From: an uncultured Thermoplasmatales archaeon
GTDB taxonomy: Archaea; Thermoplasmatota; Thermoplasmata; Thermoplasmatales; GCA-001856825
Direction: 5' to 3'
Length of the DNA stretch: 47,573 bases
Assembly (NCBI GenBank): GCA_964391105.1
Contig: CAYMKC010000002.1
Span: 1 to 47,573 of the forward strand
This document shows, piece after piece, positions 8,781 to 17,928 of this stretch. The translations under genes were made by a program, and so were the position numbers. Position 1 is the first letter of the stretch; every line of letters starts with the position of its first letter. The notes beneath the pieces are model-generated. The model was not told the DNA's origin. It worked only from the letters and a program-made list of their open reading frames with translations, and ran no database searches.

Positions 8781-9547
8781 AGCCCTGCCTCCCTGAGGTG
8801 CATCCCGCACTTGCAAGTCCTTCCTTCTGGTATCTTTGGAATAGCGTTTGCTAAAACGTTCTTTATGTTTTCTTCACTTTCTTTCATGACTCTTATCACT
8901 TCTTTTGAATTTACTGGGACTTCGGCCCAGACGTCGTAATCGGTAACTGTAGCGATCGTCAGGTAACACATCTCCTTCTCCCTCGCCAGGTTTATCTCCG
9001 GGACCAGCGTCATGCCTATGATGTCCCCGACCCCTCTGAAGAATTTGCTCTCAGCTCTGGTCGAGAATCTAGGTCCCTCTATGCATACGTAAGTCCCGCC
9101 CTTCTTCGATTTGATTCGGAGTTCGAGCAGGCTCCTGTGGAATGTTTCCATTATCTCGGGACAGAAAGGATCCGCCATCGAGATGTGGACTACCTGCGGT
9201 CCATCAAAAAACGTGTAGGCTCTGTTCTTGGTGTAGTCGAAGAACTGATCTGGTAGCGCTATGGTTCCCGGTTCTATGTCCTTTTGTAGAGAACCCACTG
9301 CAGAAACTCCTATCACTCTCTCTACTCCCATTTCCCTCAGTCCGTGTATGTTGGCTCTGAAGTTTATTCTGTGCGGCGGTATCTTGTGTTCCTTTCCGTG
9401 CCTGTAGAGTACGACAACCTCTCTTCCCCCTATCTTTCCTATCTCCATTGGAGAGGACATCTCTCCGTACGGGGTATCGAGTTTGACGACCTCGGCATCT
9501 TCGAGTAACTTACCAGTTACCGATCCGCCAATTAGTCCGATCGACAT
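8777..9547 (-). CDS. mtnP: S-methyl-5'-thioadenosine phosphorylase (PNP family)
   Basis: 256 aa. 'YRHGKEHKIPPHRINFRANIHGLREMGVERVIGVSAVGSL' and 'GMTLVPE' are characteristic of MTAP-type phosphorylases. Confidence 0.85.
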   Translation of the reverse strand: MSIGLIGGSVTGKLLEDAEVVKLDTPYGEMSSPMEIGKIGGREVVVLYRHGKEHKIPPHRINFRANIHGLREMGVERVIGVSAVGSLQKDIEPGTIALPDQFFDYTKNRAYTFFDGPQVVHISMADPFCPEIMETFHRSLLELRIKSKKGGTYVCIEGPRFSTRAESKFFRGVGDIIGMTLVPEINLAREKEMCYLTIATVTDYDVWAEVPVNSKEVIRVMKESEENIKNVLANAIPKIPEGRTCKCGMHLREAGL

Positions 9548-9778
9548 TGAGAGTGTATGTTGTGTTACCTAATAAACTTCCTCAGTTCAAGTATACATTC
9601 CTTTTGCTGTGGAGAGTCCCGTCAGGGCAGACCTGGATAAATCGGGTAAAAAAGCCATTTTAATATTCCACTATCAATTAAAAGTCAACATACTTCATCT
9701 TTTGAGTTGAAGATCTGTCTCTTATCCAATGGCATTAACTCCTGGATTTCAACCGAAGTTGAAATTCCGCCAAACACC

Positions 9779-9787
9779 ATTAAATAT
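9779..9787 (+). promoter_or_regulatory. TATA-like box for the Sm-L37e(-purF) unit
   Basis: 'attaaatat' lies 21-29 nt upstream of the ATG at 9808, which is leaderless-type spacing. Confidence 0.35.
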
Positions 9788-9807
9788 GAGGTATCAATCT
9801 GGTCTAC

Positions 9808-10044
9808 ATGGAAGGCAAGCTACGTCCTCTTAACGTTCTAGGAAACAGCCTTAACCAGTACGTGCTGGTTAAGGTGAAATGGAACAGGGAGTATAGGGGA
9901 CTGCTGGATGGTTATGACCAACACCTCAACCTCGTAATAAAGAATGCGGAGGAGGTAGTCGAGAACAAGAGCAGGGGGACATTCCCAATAATGGTAGTTA
10001 GAGGAGACGTAGTGGTATACATTTCACCTTCGGAGGCGATATAA
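9808..10044 (+). CDS. Sm-like archaeal protein (LSm/SmAP)
   Basis: 78 aa with Sm1/Sm2 motifs: 'VLVKVKWNREYRGLLDGYDQHLNLVIKNAEE' and 'MVVRGDVVVYISP'. Confidence 0.9.
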   Translation: MEGKLRPLNVLGNSLNQYVLVKVKWNREYRGLLDGYDQHLNLVIKNAEEVVENKSRGTFPIMVVRGDVVVYISPSEAI

Positions 10045-10045
10045 A

Positions 10046-10207
10046 ATGAGAGGAACCCCCTCGATGGGGAGAAGAAACAGGATAAAGGTCCATATAAAGT
10101 GCAGGAGATGTGGTCAACACTCCTACAACGTGACCCATAAAAGGTGCGCACACTGTGGATATCCGGACTCAAGGATCAGAAATTATAACTGGGCGAAGTC
10201 TAGGTGA
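10046..10207 (+). CDS. rpl37e: 50S ribosomal protein L37e
   Basis: Absent from the ORF track because it is under 60 aa. The ATG at 10046 is 1 nt after the Sm stop. Translation is 'MRGTPSMGRRNRIKVHIKCRRCGQHSYNVTHKRCAHCGYPDSRIRNYNWAKSR*' (53 aa), with the CxxC..CxxC zinc ribbon typical of L37e. The stop TGA at 10205-10207 was checked by indexing. Confidence 0.9.
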   Translation: MRGTPSMGRRNRIKVHIKCRRCGQHSYNVTHKRCAHCGYPDSRIRNYNWAKSR

Positions 10208-11561
10208 ATCCTGCGGGATCGTCGCTCTCGCCGAGAGCGTGCCCGTCGGATATAGATTGGTTCAGTCCCTCCGTATCATTCAGCACAGGGGACAGGAATC
10301 TTCTGGCGTCGCTATAAGCACCGGCAAGGTTCTGAAAAACTATAGAGGAATGGGACTCGTAAACGAAGTATTTTCTGGGATCAAGCTTGAAAAAGATGCA
10401 GGGATGGGCATAGGTCACATACGGTACAGCACCGCAGGTTCATCGACACTCGAGAACGCTCAGCCGCTCTATGCCAACATTGGGAAGTACGAGATTGCCA
10501 TAGGACACAACGGCGAGATAGTGAACGCCTCCCAGCTCAAGAAATCGCTGGAGAGCAAGGGTTACTCTTTCGCTACAAACTCCGACACCGAAGTGATCAT
10601 GAAACTCATATCGATAGAACTCTCCAAAACGGCTGACCCGATAATGTCTATGAAGAACACCTTCAGGAAATTGGTAGGTGCGTACTCACTGAACATAATG
10701 ATCAACCAACGCGTATTCGTTGCAAGGGACCCGAATGGTATCAGACCGCTGGTGGTTGGCACGACTGAATATGGATACTGTGCCGCATCCGAGAGTGTCG
10801 TTTTTGACCAGCTGAACGGGAAGAAGATAAGGGACGTGAGGCCCGGGGAGATCGTAGAAATCAAGAAGAACGAGATCGATTCTTTCATGTACAATGGCGA
10901 TGCGAGAACAGCTCACTGCATGTTCGAGTACGTCTATTTTGCCAGGCCGGACAGCGTGATGGATGGACGGAGCGTCTTTGAAGCGAGAATGGAGCTCGGC
11001 AGGATTCTTGCAAGGGAGAGTCCGGTAGACGGAGCTGATTGTGTAGTTGCGGTTCCTGATTCGGCAAGGACCCACGCTCAGGGATATGCGGAGGAATCTG
11101 GCATTCCACTCTCAGAGGGACTGATCAAGAATAGGTATGTAGACAGGACATTCATCATGCCAGAACAGGCTGGAAGGGAGAGCGAACTGGATATAAAGCT
11201 GAACCCGATAAAGCAGCTCATAGAGGGCAAGAAGGTCGTGCTGGTTGACGATAGCATTATCAGAGGTAACACGACCAGGAAGATCGTGAAGATGCTCAAG
11301 AGATATGGTGCAAAGGAAGTTCACCTGAGGATTGCCTGTCCTCCCGTCCGTTTTCCGTGCTACTTGGGAATAGACATGAAGACCAAGGACCAGTTCATTG
11401 CAGCAAACAGGAGCCTCTCAGAGATAAACGCTAAGCTTGGTGCAGATAGCCTTAGGTATGTATCACTCGAAGGTCTCATAGCTGCGACCGGATTAGGCAG
11501 AGAAAATCTCTGTCTCGGATGCCTGACGGGAAAGTATCCGGTCAGGATAGGAAAACACTGA
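10155..11561 (+). CDS. purF: amidophosphoribosyltransferase
   Basis: Ntn nucleophile 'SCGIVAL', PRPP loop 'VVLVDDSIIRGNTTRKIV', and FeS ligands in 'CPPVRFPCYLGID' and 'CLGCLTGKYP'. An ATG at 10155 would give a 19-aa propeptide and a 53-nt overlap with rpl37e, so the start is uncertain. Confidence 0.9.
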   Translation: MDIRTQGSEIITGRSLGESCGIVALAESVPVGYRLVQSLRIIQHRGQESSGVAISTGKVLKNYRGMGLVNEVFSGIKLEKDAGMGIGHIRYSTAGSSTLENAQPLYANIGKYEIAIGHNGEIVNASQLKKSLESKGYSFATNSDTEVIMKLISIELSKTADPIMSMKNTFRKLVGAYSLNIMINQRVFVARDPNGIRPLVVGTTEYGYCAASESVVFDQLNGKKIRDVRPGEIVEIKKNEIDSFMYNGDARTAHCMFEYVYFARPDSVMDGRSVFEARMELGRILARESPVDGADCVVAVPDSARTHAQGYAEESGIPLSEGLIKNRYVDRTFIMPEQAGRESELDIKLNPIKQLIEGKKVVLVDDSIIRGNTTRKIVKMLKRYGAKEVHLRIACPPVRFPCYLGIDMKTKDQFIAANRSLSEINAKLGADSLRYVSLEGLIAATGLGRENLCLGCLTGKYPVRIGKH

Positions 11562-11563
11562 TT

Positions 11564-12424
11564 CTAACTTCCAAGAAAGTTCTTGGATTGAAGGAATTTT
11601 ATGGAATCATAGAGGAACCTGTTCACCTTCATGTCCAATCCATTTCTCTTGCCGATCGCAATGATCTCTCCCGTGATGGAATCTATCTCCGACTTCCTGC
11701 CTTGCTGGATGTCTTGGAGCATGCTGCTGGTGTTTTCTGCTGTCACCCTGCAGGTCTCCAGCACGTTTTTCTCTATCTCAAGCCTATAACCGATTCTAGA
11801 GAAGAGATCCTCAAGCTCACCTATGGTCTCACTCGCCAAATTCCATAGCTCTCCGTTCGTAGCCACTGCACCGTTCTTGACGCCAAACATCGCAGTAATA
11901 GGATTGATCACCGCGTTGATTGTTGCCTTCCTGTACAGTTCCTCATCGATCCCTTCCACCCATTCAGCATTTATTCCAGACTCGGTGAGGAACGAGAGGT
12001 CTATACTCCCCGAGTGACTCCCCACTCTGAAGTACCCTCTGCCTGTAAGTTCAGCGACCCCTCTGGAAACCTTCTTGGATGCCCAGGTTGTAACGGCATA
12101 TATCTTCGTAACCCCCTCTTTTTCAATGCTCAGATGTGCAAGCCCATTCTGAATCAGGATCACTCTTCCTTCCAGGTTGTTATCATCGAATACCGAATCA
12201 AGGTCGTAAGATTTTACGGCTAAGACAGTGATGTCAGATCTGGTTGATTCCTCGGATATTTCCACCCTGAACTTCTGCTCCTTCCCCTTCTCTATCAGAG
12301 TCAGTCCGTTGCCGTAATACATCTCTTCACCCTTCTTGACTGTAAGGACGACCTCATTCCTCTTCTGGAGGAAGTATGCAAGCGCGATCCCCATTGAACC
12401 TGCACCGATTATGTTGATCTTCAT
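11564..12424 (-). CDS. panE: 2-dehydropantoate 2-reductase (ApbA/PanE family)
   Basis: N-terminal Rossmann 'MKINIIGAGSMG', 'KATINAVINPITAMF' and 'SSMLQDIQQGRKSEIDSITGEI' are PanE signatures. There is an ATGA overlap with the iorB stop. Confidence 0.8.
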   Translation of the reverse strand: MKINIIGAGSMGIALAYFLQKRNEVVLTVKKGEEMYYGNGLTLIEKGKEQKFRVEISEESTRSDITVLAVKSYDLDSVFDDNNLEGRVILIQNGLAHLSIEKEGVTKIYAVTTWASKKVSRGVAELTGRGYFRVGSHSGSIDLSFLTESGINAEWVEGIDEELYRKATINAVINPITAMFGVKNGAVATNGELWNLASETIGELEDLFSRIGYRLEIEKNVLETCRVTAENTSSMLQDIQQGRKSEIDSITGEIIAIGKRNGLDMKVNRFLYDSIKFLQSKNFLGS

Positions 12425-13014
12425 ACAGACTTTGATATAACGATCGGAGAAAATGTCTTTCCCTTCTCGAACGCCCTGACGTTGACCTCCCAGTACTTTT
12501 CTGGTAGCGATTCCTTGATCGCCGCTATCAGGCTGTTCTCGCTGATGCCGAGGAGGCCCGTCGCGTATAAGGCTCCAACCATTACCGTGTTTGAAACACG
12601 CTTGTTTCTCAAGTCCATCGCCACCTGATCGGCCTCAACGTTGACGGTCTCATAGGTCCTGAGCTCTCCCTCTATCAGGTCGTCGGGATAGTTCTGCTGT
12701 CTAATTGTGAGAGAAACCGGATGGATCTTTCTTCTGTTCAGGAGTATCGTGCCACTCTTCTTCAGTTTAGGGATGTTCCTTACCGTTTCCAACTCCTCAA
12801 AGCCGACGATCACGTCTGCAGATCTGGCGGGAATCACTGGGCTCCTGTAGTTCCCAATCCTGACCTCGACTAGTATCTTGCCCCCCCTCTGGGCCATTCC
12901 GTGGAGTTCGGTCATTAGTGCGTTTTTCCCCTCGATAACTGCGGCCCTTCCAACGATTATTGCAACCGTGACAACTCCTTGCCCGCCCACTCCCGCAAAG
13001 ACTATCGACACCAT
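12421..13014 (-). CDS. iorB: indolepyruvate:ferredoxin oxidoreductase subunit beta
   Basis: Begins 'MVSIVFAGVGGQGVVT'. The ATG at 13014 forms a TGATG overlap with the iorA stop (verified). The track's 13170 start is an over-extension into iorA. Confidence 0.85.
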   Translation of the reverse strand: MVSIVFAGVGGQGVVTVAIIVGRAAVIEGKNALMTELHGMAQRGGKILVEVRIGNYRSPVIPARSADVIVGFEELETVRNIPKLKKSGTILLNRRKIHPVSLTIRQQNYPDDLIEGELRTYETVNVEADQVAMDLRNKRVSNTVMVGALYATGLLGISENSLIAAIKESLPEKYWEVNVRAFEKGKTFSPIVISKSV

Positions 13015-14840
13015 CAGTCCTTCACCTCTATGGCATTGAACGGACAGACCAAAGGCTCGGAGCAGACCGAGCAACCATCGCAAAGTTCCTGATCGATATA
13101 GACCTTGCCTTCGTCTGTATAGAATGCTGCACAAGAAAAGTTCCTCACGCAGTTGTAGCACTGGTTGCACTTGTCCTGATTTATCTGGAACACCTTTGCC
13201 TCCGACGGGGGTCTCTTCCTATCCGCCTCCAGTGCGCATTCCCTCTTGCTTATTATCACCGACAGCTCCTTTGAGTCGAGAGCCTTCTTGAAAGTTTCTA
13301 GCGAATTCTTCAGGTCGTATGGATCCATTGTGAATATGCTCTTTATTCCTATCCCCCGAACGACGCTCTCTATGTCCACTCTCGTAAATGGGGGACTTGT
13401 CTCAGGGGTTGGCTGACCGCCGGTCATTGCAGTAGTCGAATTGTCCATTATAACGACCACGAAGTTGTGGTTGTTGTGATAGGCATTTATGAGGGCAGGA
13501 ATCCCCGCATGAAAGAATGTGCTGTCTCCTATGAAGCTCACGACCTTCTCTCCGGTATTCATTGTGAAACCACTCGAAGATCCTATCGATGATCCCATCG
13601 AAAAACAGAAATCGCCCAGTTGGTATGGCTCGTAGTACCCGAGCGTGTAGCAGCCGATGTCGGTGGGTGTTATGGGGTTCCTGATACCTCTCTGTTTCAT
13701 CGCCATCTTTGCAATGTAATAGGTCGCACGGTGCGGGCATCCCGGGCACAAAACAGGTGCACGCGAAGGCAGTTCGGATATGACCTCCCTTGAACTGTAC
13801 GGTATCCCATATATTTCAGCCAGGAAACCGGCAACCCTGTCGACATCCATCTCGTAAGACGTGGGTACAAACCCGTTAGATTTGCCGTAGAACGACTTGT
13901 TGATCGATCTGAGAGCACACTGAGTCAGCACCTGCTCTTCGAGAAATGGTCCTCCCTCCTCCACAAAGATCACCCTTTCTGCCTTCCTAATCTCATCGAG
14001 GAGTTCATCTGTGCCTAGAGGAAAGCTTAGACCGATCTTCATTATTCTAGCCTTGACATCTAGAATATTCAGAGCTTCCTCGATGTAGTTGTACGCTGAC
14101 CCGGATGTGATTATAAGGGTTGGCGATTCACCCTCCATCCCGTTGAAGTATCCAGCCAGACTCGATGACTTCACTCTTTCAAGCCTCTTGGAGATTGATG
14201 TCTGCGCCGCATAGGCGTTCTCTGGCATGAGGACGAATGAGGTATCCTTCTTGTAATTCCAGTCGTTCTTCTCCCTAACCTTTCCATATCTGACGGGTGC
14301 CCTGATGTGAGAGATCCTGGTGACACTCCTGACGAGCACAGGGTGTCCGACCTCTTCAGACAGGTCGAATGCCTTGACCACGAAGTCCTTGAGTTCCTGA
14401 GGGTTGGATGGTTCTATAACGATCGTCTTCGCAAATTTACCAAGGAATCTGTTGTCCTGTTCGTTCTGAGACGAATGCATCGAGGGATCGTCTGCAGACA
14501 GTACGACCATACCTCCCTTTACTCCCGATGAAGCAAGGGACACGAACGAATCCATCGCAACGTTGAGTCCAACGTGCTTCATGAATACTATTGAGCGGAG
14601 GCCCCCCAGCGATGCAGCGGAAGATATCTCGAGGGCAACCTTCTCGTTCGTTGCGTATTCGAACTTGATACCCATCCTCTGTGATATCACGTACAGGGCG
14701 TCTCCAATCTCTGAGCTGGGTGTACCAGGGTAGGTGGATGCTACTGACACTCCTGCCTCGTACAGACCTCTGACAACCGCCTCGTTCCCGAGAAGGAACT
14801 CGACCTTACCTTCTGGGCCAAGAAGGGAGTCGTACTGCAT
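13014..14840 (-). CDS. iorA: indolepyruvate:ferredoxin oxidoreductase subunit alpha
   Basis: 608 aa. TPP-binding 'GDSTFFHAG', and two C-terminal ferredoxin-type cysteine clusters ('CNQCYNCVRNFSC', 'CDGCSVCSEPLVCP'). Confidence 0.9.
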   Translation of the reverse strand: MQYDSLLGPEGKVEFLLGNEAVVRGLYEAGVSVASTYPGTPSSEIGDALYVISQRMGIKFEYATNEKVALEISSAASLGGLRSIVFMKHVGLNVAMDSFVSLASSGVKGGMVVLSADDPSMHSSQNEQDNRFLGKFAKTIVIEPSNPQELKDFVVKAFDLSEEVGHPVLVRSVTRISHIRAPVRYGKVREKNDWNYKKDTSFVLMPENAYAAQTSISKRLERVKSSSLAGYFNGMEGESPTLIITSGSAYNYIEEALNILDVKARIMKIGLSFPLGTDELLDEIRKAERVIFVEEGGPFLEEQVLTQCALRSINKSFYGKSNGFVPTSYEMDVDRVAGFLAEIYGIPYSSREVISELPSRAPVLCPGCPHRATYYIAKMAMKQRGIRNPITPTDIGCYTLGYYEPYQLGDFCFSMGSSIGSSSGFTMNTGEKVVSFIGDSTFFHAGIPALINAYHNNHNFVVVIMDNSTTAMTGGQPTPETSPPFTRVDIESVVRGIGIKSIFTMDPYDLKNSLETFKKALDSKELSVIISKRECALEADRKRPPSEAKVFQINQDKCNQCYNCVRNFSCAAFYTDEGKVYIDQELCDGCSVCSEPLVCPFNAIEVKD

Positions 14841-14841
14841 A

Positions 14842-15723
14842 CTACATTTGCTCCCGCTTGAGGAGCAATTTCCATCTCTCCTCTACGGCCTCTTCGATTT
14901 CTCTTATCTCTTCGTCTCTGAGGTGTCCGAATCTTCCCTGGAGGGAAAGATAGTCTTTGATCGGGACGTTCTTGCTTGGTTTAAACAGCGCGAATTTCCC
15001 ATTTCTGGATTCGAAGAGGGGGAACACCCTAGACTCCACTGCAAGGCGTGATATCTTGATCGTATCTGCCGAATTGTAATACCAGCCTGGTGGACACGGA
15101 GAAAGTATCTGGATGAATTTTGGTCCCTTGATTGATTTTGCGACCGCTATCTTCCTTTCAAGGTCCTCTGGATACGCAATGGTTGCAGTCGCGACGTACG
15201 GCACGTTCTGGGCGATCATCAGGTCTGCAACGAACTTCTTGTTCTCCCTCTTGTAGTGTCTCTTCGAGCCCACTGGAGTCGTTGTCGTCCACGCACCAAG
15301 GGGGGTGCTTCCGCTCCTCTGGATCCCCGTGTTCATGTACGCCTCGTTGTCGTACATGATGTAGAGCACATTGTGGCCCCTCTCCATTGCGGCACTCAAG
15401 CCCTGTAACCCTATGTCGGCTGTCCCTCCATCTCCGGCGAAGGCCAGGACGTTGTAGTCTTCCTTTCCCTGTGAATCTAGCCCCTCTCGAAGACCAGAGA
15501 TGGCTGCACCAGCCGATGCGAATGGGGTGTACAAGAATGGCACACTGAGAGCGGTATAAGGGTACTCGCCAGGTATGACTGACCAGCAGCATGCGGGCGT
15601 TGCAACGGCGGTTTTGGGACCGGTTCCTTTCAGAACAAACCTCATCGAGAGGGTGGCTCCACAACCAGCGCAGGCAGTATGCCCCTGCTGCATGTATTCG
15701 TCTCTCGGAATCGTTAGGGGCAT
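14842..15723 (-). CDS. porB: pyruvate/2-ketoisovalerate:ferredoxin oxidoreductase subunit beta (TPP-binding)
   Basis: 'QGHTACAGCG' and 'GDGGTADIG' are typical of the beta subunit. The sequence alone cannot assign pyruvate versus ketoisovalerate specificity. Confidence 0.85.
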   Translation of the reverse strand: MPLTIPRDEYMQQGHTACAGCGATLSMRFVLKGTGPKTAVATPACCWSVIPGEYPYTALSVPFLYTPFASAGAAISGLREGLDSQGKEDYNVLAFAGDGGTADIGLQGLSAAMERGHNVLYIMYDNEAYMNTGIQRSGSTPLGAWTTTTPVGSKRHYKRENKKFVADLMIAQNVPYVATATIAYPEDLERKIAVAKSIKGPKFIQILSPCPPGWYYNSADTIKISRLAVESRVFPLFESRNGKFALFKPSKNVPIKDYLSLQGRFGHLRDEEIREIEEAVEERWKLLLKREQM

Positions 15724-16899
15724 CTATCTCCCTCCTGCATTGATCCATTCAATGTCAGCGTTGCCTTCTATAAGATTCTCAAACATCTTTTCAAAATCCT
15801 TAACTCTGACATCCCTGCCGCCCAATCCTACGACGTAATTCCTGATCGGGACATCCACTCGCCCGTAGAGTGAAGAAACCACGTCCTCGAAAGTCGGGCC
15901 TCGTTCGCCGAACGACACGTTCCTGTCAACCACGCCGACACCCTTTAGGCTTCTGACAGCATCTATTATTTCTTCTCCCGGGAAGGGTCTGTAGAAATAG
16001 AGTCTGATGAGGCCCACCTTCTGGCCTTTGCTTCTTAGCTTTCTTACTGTGTATTTGGCGGTCGACGAGATTGCACCAGTGGTGATAAGGGCGTAATCTG
16101 CATCTTCCATCATGAATTTGTCAACTAGCCCCGGAAGTTCCGCTCCGAATAGCTCGTTGTAGGTTGATATCTCCCTCTTGATTATGCCCAAGGAGTTGTA
16201 CATGCTCTCTCTCATGTCCTTCTTCATTTCCATGAAGGGTCCGTCCGGCCCAGCGAGAGATCCGTATCCGGCCGGGTTCTTGAAATCAATCTTGTTCTTC
16301 AGGTCCAGGTCTCCTAAGTACTCGGCCGCTGCGGTCTGATTTCTGATCTCGACTGGTTCAGAGGTGTGCGAAAGAGTGAATGCGTCAAGCATGCTCATGA
16401 CCGGAAGGAGTATCTTGTCGTTCTCCGCAATCTTGTATCCAAGCAACACGCTATCCATTGCTTCCTGGTTAGTTTCGCAGTACATCTGCAACCAGCCTGT
16501 ATCTCTCTGGTTAAACGTATCTGTCTGGTCTCCCCAGATGTTCCACGGTGGGCCTATTGCCCTGTTGACCACGGACATACCGAGGGGCAACCTCATTCCC
16601 GCCGCCCAGTGAAGAGCCTCGTGCATGTACAGTATTCCGTGAGAGGAAGATGCTGTGAACGATCTCGCCCCAGAGATCTCGCTCGCCGTTACGGACGACA
16701 TAGCGCTGTGCTCGCTTTCGACCTCAATGAACTTTGAGTCTAGCTCGCCGTTGGCTATCATTTCTGCTAACTTCTCTACTATCGTGGTCTGTGGAGTTAT
16801 CGGGTATGCTGCGATCACTCTCACTCTTGAGAGTTTGACTCCCACGGCGACCGCTTCGTTCCCCGTCATTATTCTTCTAGATGCTTGGATTGACTCCAT
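15724..16899 (-). CDS. porA: pyruvate/2-ketoisovalerate:ferredoxin oxidoreductase subunit alpha
   Basis: 391 aa. 'MTGNEAVAVGVKLSRVRVIAAYPITPQT' is typical of the alpha subunit. It abuts the beta and delta genes with no gap. Confidence 0.85.
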   Translation of the reverse strand: MESIQASRRIMTGNEAVAVGVKLSRVRVIAAYPITPQTTIVEKLAEMIANGELDSKFIEVESEHSAMSSVTASEISGARSFTASSSHGILYMHEALHWAAGMRLPLGMSVVNRAIGPPWNIWGDQTDTFNQRDTGWLQMYCETNQEAMDSVLLGYKIAENDKILLPVMSMLDAFTLSHTSEPVEIRNQTAAAEYLGDLDLKNKIDFKNPAGYGSLAGPDGPFMEMKKDMRESMYNSLGIIKREISTYNELFGAELPGLVDKFMMEDADYALITTGAISSTAKYTVRKLRSKGQKVGLIRLYFYRPFPGEEIIDAVRSLKGVGVVDRNVSFGERGPTFEDVVSSLYGRVDVPIRNYVVGLGGRDVRVKDFEKMFENLIEGNADIEWINAGGR

Positions 16900-17190
16900 T
16901 CAGATCTCCTCCCGGACCATCTCTATAGCCCCAAACGGGCACTCCGTTGCACAGATTCCGCAGCCCTTGCAGTAGTTGTAATTCAAAGAGGGCGCTTCAA
17001 GAGTCCTGAACCTCTCATTCGGATAGTTCAGGTTAGCATCAACGACCAGATCTATCGCAACGTCCGGGCAGAACTTCCAGCATATGGCACACCTCGTGCA
17101 CTTAGAGTAGTCTATGACTGGTCTCGATGTCCTCCACGAAGACATCTCCCTTGTGTTGGAGGACAAGTAAGTAACTGGAGCAAGAACCAT
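16900..17190 (-). CDS. porD: pyruvate/2-ketoisovalerate:ferredoxin oxidoreductase subunit delta (2x[4Fe-4S])
   Basis: 'CTRCAICWKFCP' and 'CKGCGICATECP'. I place the start at ATG 17190, 2 nt after the gamma stop (17193-17195). The track's 17310 start overlaps the gamma gene. Confidence 0.8.
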   Translation of the reverse strand: MVLAPVTYLSSNTREMSSWRTSRPVIDYSKCTRCAICWKFCPDVAIDLVVDANLNYPNERFRTLEAPSLNYNYCKGCGICATECPFGAIEMVREEI

Positions 17191-17192
17191 TT

Positions 17193-17738
17193 CTAGTTCA
17201 GCTCCGTTTCTTCGTAGGCTTCCTGGACGGCATTCACGTTCTCCTTCTTTCTCGAAGGCACCGTGTCGGTCGTGGCGCTCTTGATCGACTGAAGTGACAC
17301 CAAGTCGCACATCTTCGCGAATGCACCAAGGATGGCAGTGTTCACGATTGGATGAGATGGATCTCCCAGTCCATTCCTGAGAGCTATACTCGTTGCATCG
17401 ACATAACCCACTTTGTACTTTCCCGCCTCCTTCAGGTTCTCACTCTTGCCGTTCACGATTATTATGCCGTCGTTCTTCAAGCCCTCCGTCACATTCACGA
17501 CGTCCATGAGCGATCTGTCCAAAACAATTACAGCATCCGGTTCGTATATCTGGCTTCTGAGTTCGATCCTCCTATCGTCAACTCTGGTGAAGGCCGTTAC
17601 CGGAGCTCCCCGTCGTTCTGTGCCAAAGAAGGGAAAGGAGGTCACCCACTTGCTCTCAAGAAATGCTGCCGTAGCAAGTATTTTCGATGCTGTGACTGCA
17701 CCCTGCCCACCTCTTCCGTGGAACCTTATTTCGTACAT
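17193..17738 (-). CDS. porG: pyruvate/2-ketoisovalerate:ferredoxin oxidoreductase subunit gamma
   Basis: 181 aa. '[19 protein letters not shown]' is the gamma-subunit signature. It is the first gene of the gamma-delta-alpha-beta order. Confidence 0.85.
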   Translation of the reverse strand: MYEIRFHGRGGQGAVTASKILATAAFLESKWVTSFPFFGTERRGAPVTAFTRVDDRRIELRSQIYEPDAVIVLDRSLMDVVNVTEGLKNDGIIIVNGKSENLKEAGKYKVGYVDATSIALRNGLGDPSHPIVNTAILGAFAKMCDLVSLQSIKSATTDTVPSRKKENVNAVQEAYEETELN

Positions 17739-17928
17739 GTGTCACACTCTTCCAACATCGCGCGATGCTATAAGACGGTTTTACTGATTTAAGCGCGGTT
17801 AAATCGTAGAGAACTAGGATAATCTGAGGTTTTGGAGTGTTTTAACCATTCCGAAATTATCGGCATTTCTAGACAAAATTCTGCACAAAACAATAACAAT
17901 AATATCCCGCAATTTATACCAATTCAAA

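Noticed and set aside
8781-8816. 12-codon extension of the beta-CASP gene
   Set aside because: It overlaps the mtnP coding end. The ATG at 8780 forms an ATGA overlap and gives the canonical 'MK..FLGG' N-terminus.
9747-9764. 7-bp stem / 4-nt loop hairpin TTTCAAC-CGAA-GTTGAAA in the unusually long (260-nt) mtnP/Sm divergent region; the same region was also inspected for tRNA, SRP or RNase P-like RNA
   Set aside because: It is AT-rich, short and not followed by a T-run. The remainder of the region shows no cloverleaf or GC-rich structured RNA. It could be a regulator site, but I have no supporting evidence.
13015-13170. 52-codon N-terminal extension of iorB proposed by the ORF track
   Set aside because: It overlaps the ferredoxin domain of iorA. 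The conserved 'MVSIVFAGVGGQG' start coincides with a TGATG stop/start overlap at 13012-13016.
15158-15748. 196-aa ORF in an alternative frame of the same strand as porB/porA
   Set aside because: It lies entirely within strongly recognisable por genes. Its Arg/Cys/His/Trp-rich composition is typical of off-frame translation, and no motifs are present.
17191-17310. 40-codon N-terminal extension of porD proposed by the ORF track
   Set aside because: It overlaps the end of porG. The ATG at 17190 sits 2 nt after the porG stop and gives the usual ~96-aa delta subunit.
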